64,000 nt of DNA from Pseudovirgaria hyperparasitica (lineage: Eukaryota): NCBI GenBank assembly GCA_010093815.1, contig ML996570.1; one strand, written 5' to 3'. Numbering within the stretch: the stretch's first letter is position 1; each line of letters starts with the position of its first letter. The position numbers and the translations under genes were made by a program. The notes under the pieces were generated by a model, which was not told where the DNA came from, did not search any database, and saw nothing but the letters and a program-made list of their open reading frames with translations. Below, piece by piece: positions 61,301 through 64,000 of this stretch.

Positions 61301-61855
61301 CGTCTGGACTACCTTGGATCTGATGTTGAGGAGCCAATCGACCTGCTTCACTGGATGCTCTCGCCTCATCCAGAGATGCGGCCCACGGCATGGCAAGTCA
61401 TGCAACATCCATTCTTTTGGTCTGCGGAGAAACGCCTCAATTTCCTGTGCGACGTGTCCGACCATTGGGAACGTGAGCCTCGCGATCCTCCCTCTGTACA
61501 CCTGACTAGGCTTGAGAATATGAATCTTGAGGTTATCATGGACCGATCCAGAAAAGGTGGTTTCCCAGATTTCCTCGCCCGTCTTGATCGGAAGTTCGTC
61601 GACACTCTCGGCAAACAAAGGAAATACACAGGCGATCGTCTACTGGATCTGCTACGTGCTTTCAGGAACAAGAAGAACCACTACGAGGACATGCCTGCCG
61701 ACGTCAAAGCCAAGGTGGGACCACTCCCGCATGGATACCTTGCGTATTGGAATTCGAGGTTCCCGAAGCTACTAATGGCGTGCTACAAAGTTGTGATGGA
61801 GTGTGATCTGCAAGAGCAACCGCGATTCCTACCGTACTTCACGGGCGAGTCGTGA
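58358..61855 (+). CDS. IRE1: Ire1 ER-stress sensor kinase/endoribonuclease
   Basis: Signal sequence, luminal domain, TM helix, basic linker KKKKAHRGQRGGRKRRK, kinase motifs (VAIK, HRDIKPQN, DFG, APE), KEN RNase domain (DLLRAFRNKKNHYED). Single exon. Confidence 0.97.
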   Translation: MPRGRPRNLTPTLSSSLLTVLLLSSLSTFAATAPQQQPQDGIPFVGQHHIVDTVSPDQHTHAGRIPYQQKRNLPVAAQNERAVATLPSAPAVSLAAVHRAPSSSTAAGGIITRPDSARNLQDWEVEDFVLLATVDGQIHARDRETGQERWSLYVGRPMVETTYSKNKSSDPDVESQEMPFIWIVEPSQDGNIYVYTPQANSMQKLDVTVQMLAEMSPWSTSDPPMVYTAEKRTTLYTIDARSGNVLRRFSSGGSTTYNTTKCDRTTGFEPSNKECVGSLTLGQIEYTVSIQNRDTGEDICTINFFEWSHNKKDNDLYDQYLSTMDNKYVYSKYDGTIFALDHTQHRKIYPQRPVYTRKLDSPVVRVFDVARPYHDDSPDPPLLLLPQPHSNVENEGKDIWVNCTEAGSWYAMSEFNYPAVTDGASEAKCYHPEQPFLSWSEDTKSFSSRKSLVGVHSLANELEKIEYPDVPFIEAGPSKETQRPTEPEVPSDTAPFGAVSTAKSSLTILFLAILVPLCLALAPKDVVKQMSRDILGKVHVSPEKSDSCGPTFQEQPITVDPCISEDVDESKPRVHFADEANRSMESGNSHQVTVVKTVSSSHEDSDDIQQGSTHAPKNSNSEDSAHENDERKPNGDDADPDATPKKKKAHRGQRGGRKRRKPTKSGIDDIAAEQDDIAKIIEQAKNVELESGLHPDEITINGRSSVTDISGPIQLGKLTIYTDRILGNGSGGTFVFEGKWKERDVAIKRMLPQYFGLAEQEVSLLQQSDLHPNVIRYFDDERDQNFLYIAVELCQASLWDLYREAGSGEPLTDEQHALVTQINSDVPTVLKQLAAGLAHLHSLRIIHRDIKPQNILIAYPHKGHKGGPRLVISDFGLCKTLPDNVSTLIGTTNNAGTIGWKAPELILQPKENERNSASAAHSRDSTSSTDLVSGVKRAVDIFSLGCVFYYVLTNGSHPFDDEEGWAQVRELNIKKNKFNFSRLDYLGSDVEEPIDLLHWMLSPHPEMRPTAWQVMQHPFFWSAEKRLNFLCDVSDHWEREPRDPPSVHLTRLENMNLEVIMDRSRKGGFPDFLARLDRKFVDTLGKQRKYTGDRLLDLLRAFRNKKNHYEDMPADVKAKVGPLPHGYLAYWNSRFPKLLMACYKVVMECDLQEQPRFLPYFTGES

Positions 61856-62468
61856 GAGGGTATATCACAACATCTTGCATCGGTTCCTAACATACATATC
61901 GCTTACATAGGAATGGAGGACCGCTAAATGACGGTAGCATTCTGATCAACTCTATTCCCCGAGATATTCCCCGTACAAAGCACTCCTTTTTCCCGGTCGA
62001 AGACAAGCTACGCCACTCATGAATGTGCTGTGATTATACACGAGATCCCCGCATCCGTCCTTTAGGCCCTGAATGCGCACCTTACTCATTCGCTACACAA
62101 GACTTCAATGTTGTAGTGTCATGTGCTGGAAACAAGACGCGAGAGCTCACCATGTTGCGCATCTTTCGCCTTTGGCTAGTCAGCGCAGCTAATAGTGGAA
62201 GGCACGTTCGATACTTGCCGCTGGCGACCTGACAGAGGTGCGGAACATTGACCTACCTATGAGTTAGATGAGCGAATTTTTGAGTTATCCTTCCCGTGAT
62301 AGCTGGCCTGTATAATATGTACGTTCATCATTACTGAAACGACAGAAAAAATATTATGAAGCACACGACTTAGGATGTATCTAACCCTACCGAGTTCGTG
62401 TGTATTAGAGATCTCGTCGGTATTCTCCCACTAAGCAGACTGTCCTCTCTTATATGCCCGTGTGCTAT

Positions 62469-63368
62469 CTACACATAATCACACACGACCCCACTACTTC
62501 CACTCACGGCACAACTCGTCAACACTGTGCCACTCTGTTTGATATCCAGTATACTAGCCCCCGTCACCCCAACCGTTGCACTTCCAGTGCTCGCACTCGC
62601 GCCCGTGAACTCCACCTTCCCGAAATCCGCAAACGGGACCAGACCCCCGCTGCTGCTAAAGTCCTCGACGATCCATTCAGCATTTGTCTCACAGAGATGC
62701 GCGGACTGCGCGGTGAACGTGTGCGTGACAGTCTTGCCGGTGGACTCGTTTGTGACGGTGGCGCTGCCGCCGGACACCGAGGACGCGGTGACGGTCATGG
62801 TGATGGTGTTGCCGGCAGAGATGGGGATAGAGGCAAAATTATAGGCGTAGTCTGGATACCATTCGTACCAGGCGTCGAAGCTGACAGTGCCTGTGGTGGT
62901 TCCTCAGCATTCTGACAGTTTGAGGGGTATTGGTGTGCTTATGGATGGCTTGTTGAAGTGGGCTAATAACTTACTGCCTTGGACATAGAAATCTACACCC
63001 GTCTGCAGGATTGACGTGCTACATGTGTCTCCATCGATTCCGACCCATGCGGACGCGGCGTACTCGGTTTTGGACGAGCCGCCAGAGGGGATACTGGGTG
63101 TGGGCACGACGATAGTGCCGGTGACGGACTTATAGCCCGTTCCGATGAGCACAGCGCCGGCCCAGTTGGTAGAGTATTCGGCGTGGGTAGTGTTTACTGG
63201 GATGCCGACATGAGTGCTGTCGAGAGTGGTCTCGACAACAGGAATTGGGGGATTGGATTGGCGTTGAGCAGCTCGTTTGAGATGGCGATCGCGGCGTTGG
63301 GAAGTGAAGGGGGCAGCGAAAGCCGGGACAGTACACAGGATGGTTGTCAGAGGGGTGGAAAGTTTCAT
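62469..63368 (-). CDS. Secreted glutamic protease (family G1, eqolisin/aspergillopepsin II-like)
   Basis: Signal and propeptide; STNWAGAV, SAWVGIDG, catalytic Q in ILQTG, AWYEWYP, catalytic E in NAEWIVEDF. Intron 62891-62974. Confidence 0.94.
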
Positions 63369-64000
63369 GGTGATGGTACTGGGTAATGAATGTATGATCG
63401 GATGGGCGGTATGGCTTTGATATACGTTGTTTGGGGAGCTGGAAGTGTGAGGGTTGAGACTGAGAGGGAGCGAAGGAATATATGGGGTTATATAGACATG
63501 TTGAGAGATAGTATTGATACCGGACAACGCTTCACTGTAAGCTGTCCTATCGCGCGTCGCCAAGGGGATCATAGTAGAAGGAGAGATTGTGATATCGAAA
63601 GGATATGCGATACAACCCTAGCCCATATTCTGGGAGATGGATCATGCACCTACCTTTTCGAGAATCAACATGCCAACACTGGAGGATCACAGTTTCTAGC
63701 GAGATCCTCGGGCCCCATGTGATCCGATGTATTGCTGTATATACGGGATCGCTCAAAGACATGCAGGACGCGCTTTGTTGGTCCCTGTCGAGGATGAGGT
63801 CGGGGTGTGCAAATGGTTCAATGATAATGTTCCAGCTGGGATCTTGCCATATATTGTGGTCTAAGGATAAATAAGTGTTCGAGTGGCCTGGTGGTAGTAT
63901 TAGATATGGCGTGGCAAACAACTCGCGACCTGTGCCACTCAGCGAGGCTATCCGTGCCATGAGTGGTTGGACTGTCCATATCTCTTTCTGCAATATTCTT

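Noticed and set aside
43533..61855. PRE3, CCT2 and IRE1 as a proteostasis gene cluster
   Set aside because: Separated by unrelated genes with no shared motif seen. Ordinary housekeeping synteny explains it.
62904..63572. 222-aa ORF with a long N-terminal extension on the glutamic protease
   Set aside because: The signal peptide starts at ATG 63368 (ACCATG). The upstream part looks like promoter/leader and the ORF end is intron read-through.
1..64000. CRISPR arrays, rRNA, tRNA, intact transposase or tyrosine-recombinase genes, secondary-metabolite backbone genes
   Set aside because: None seen on either strand by manual reading.

Overview
Eukaryotic genomic DNA from a filamentous ascomycete (Pezizomycotina; short GT-AG introns with CTRAC-type branch points). 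The ORF track splits most genes, so I rebuilt spliced models by hand. About 23 protein-coding genes: PTH11-like membrane receptor (partial), amino-acid/choline-type permease, GNAT, AN1-type zinc-finger ORF, coiled-coil protein, class-3 lipase, several membrane or secreted proteins, a GliT-like thioredoxin reductase, ERG12, an APH-family phosphotransferase, an RRM+YTH protein, BEM46, proteasome beta1 (PRE3), a Pho85-type cyclin, a GPI-anchored protein, UTP13, CCT2, IRE1 and a G1 glutamic protease. Items the ORF track misses: an intronless U6 snRNA gene (7069-7171), a protein-kinase pseudogene next to the APH gene inside a 2.4 kb block bounded by a 20-bp direct repeat, a 15-nt micro-exon carrying the proteasome catalytic Thr plus a perfect 22-bp intronic palindrome, a candidate 47-aa microprotein, and a helix-rich gene-free segment near 38.3-38.8 kb. 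I found no complete novel multi-gene system that I can support. The findings are leads. All family assignments come from motif recognition, not database searches.
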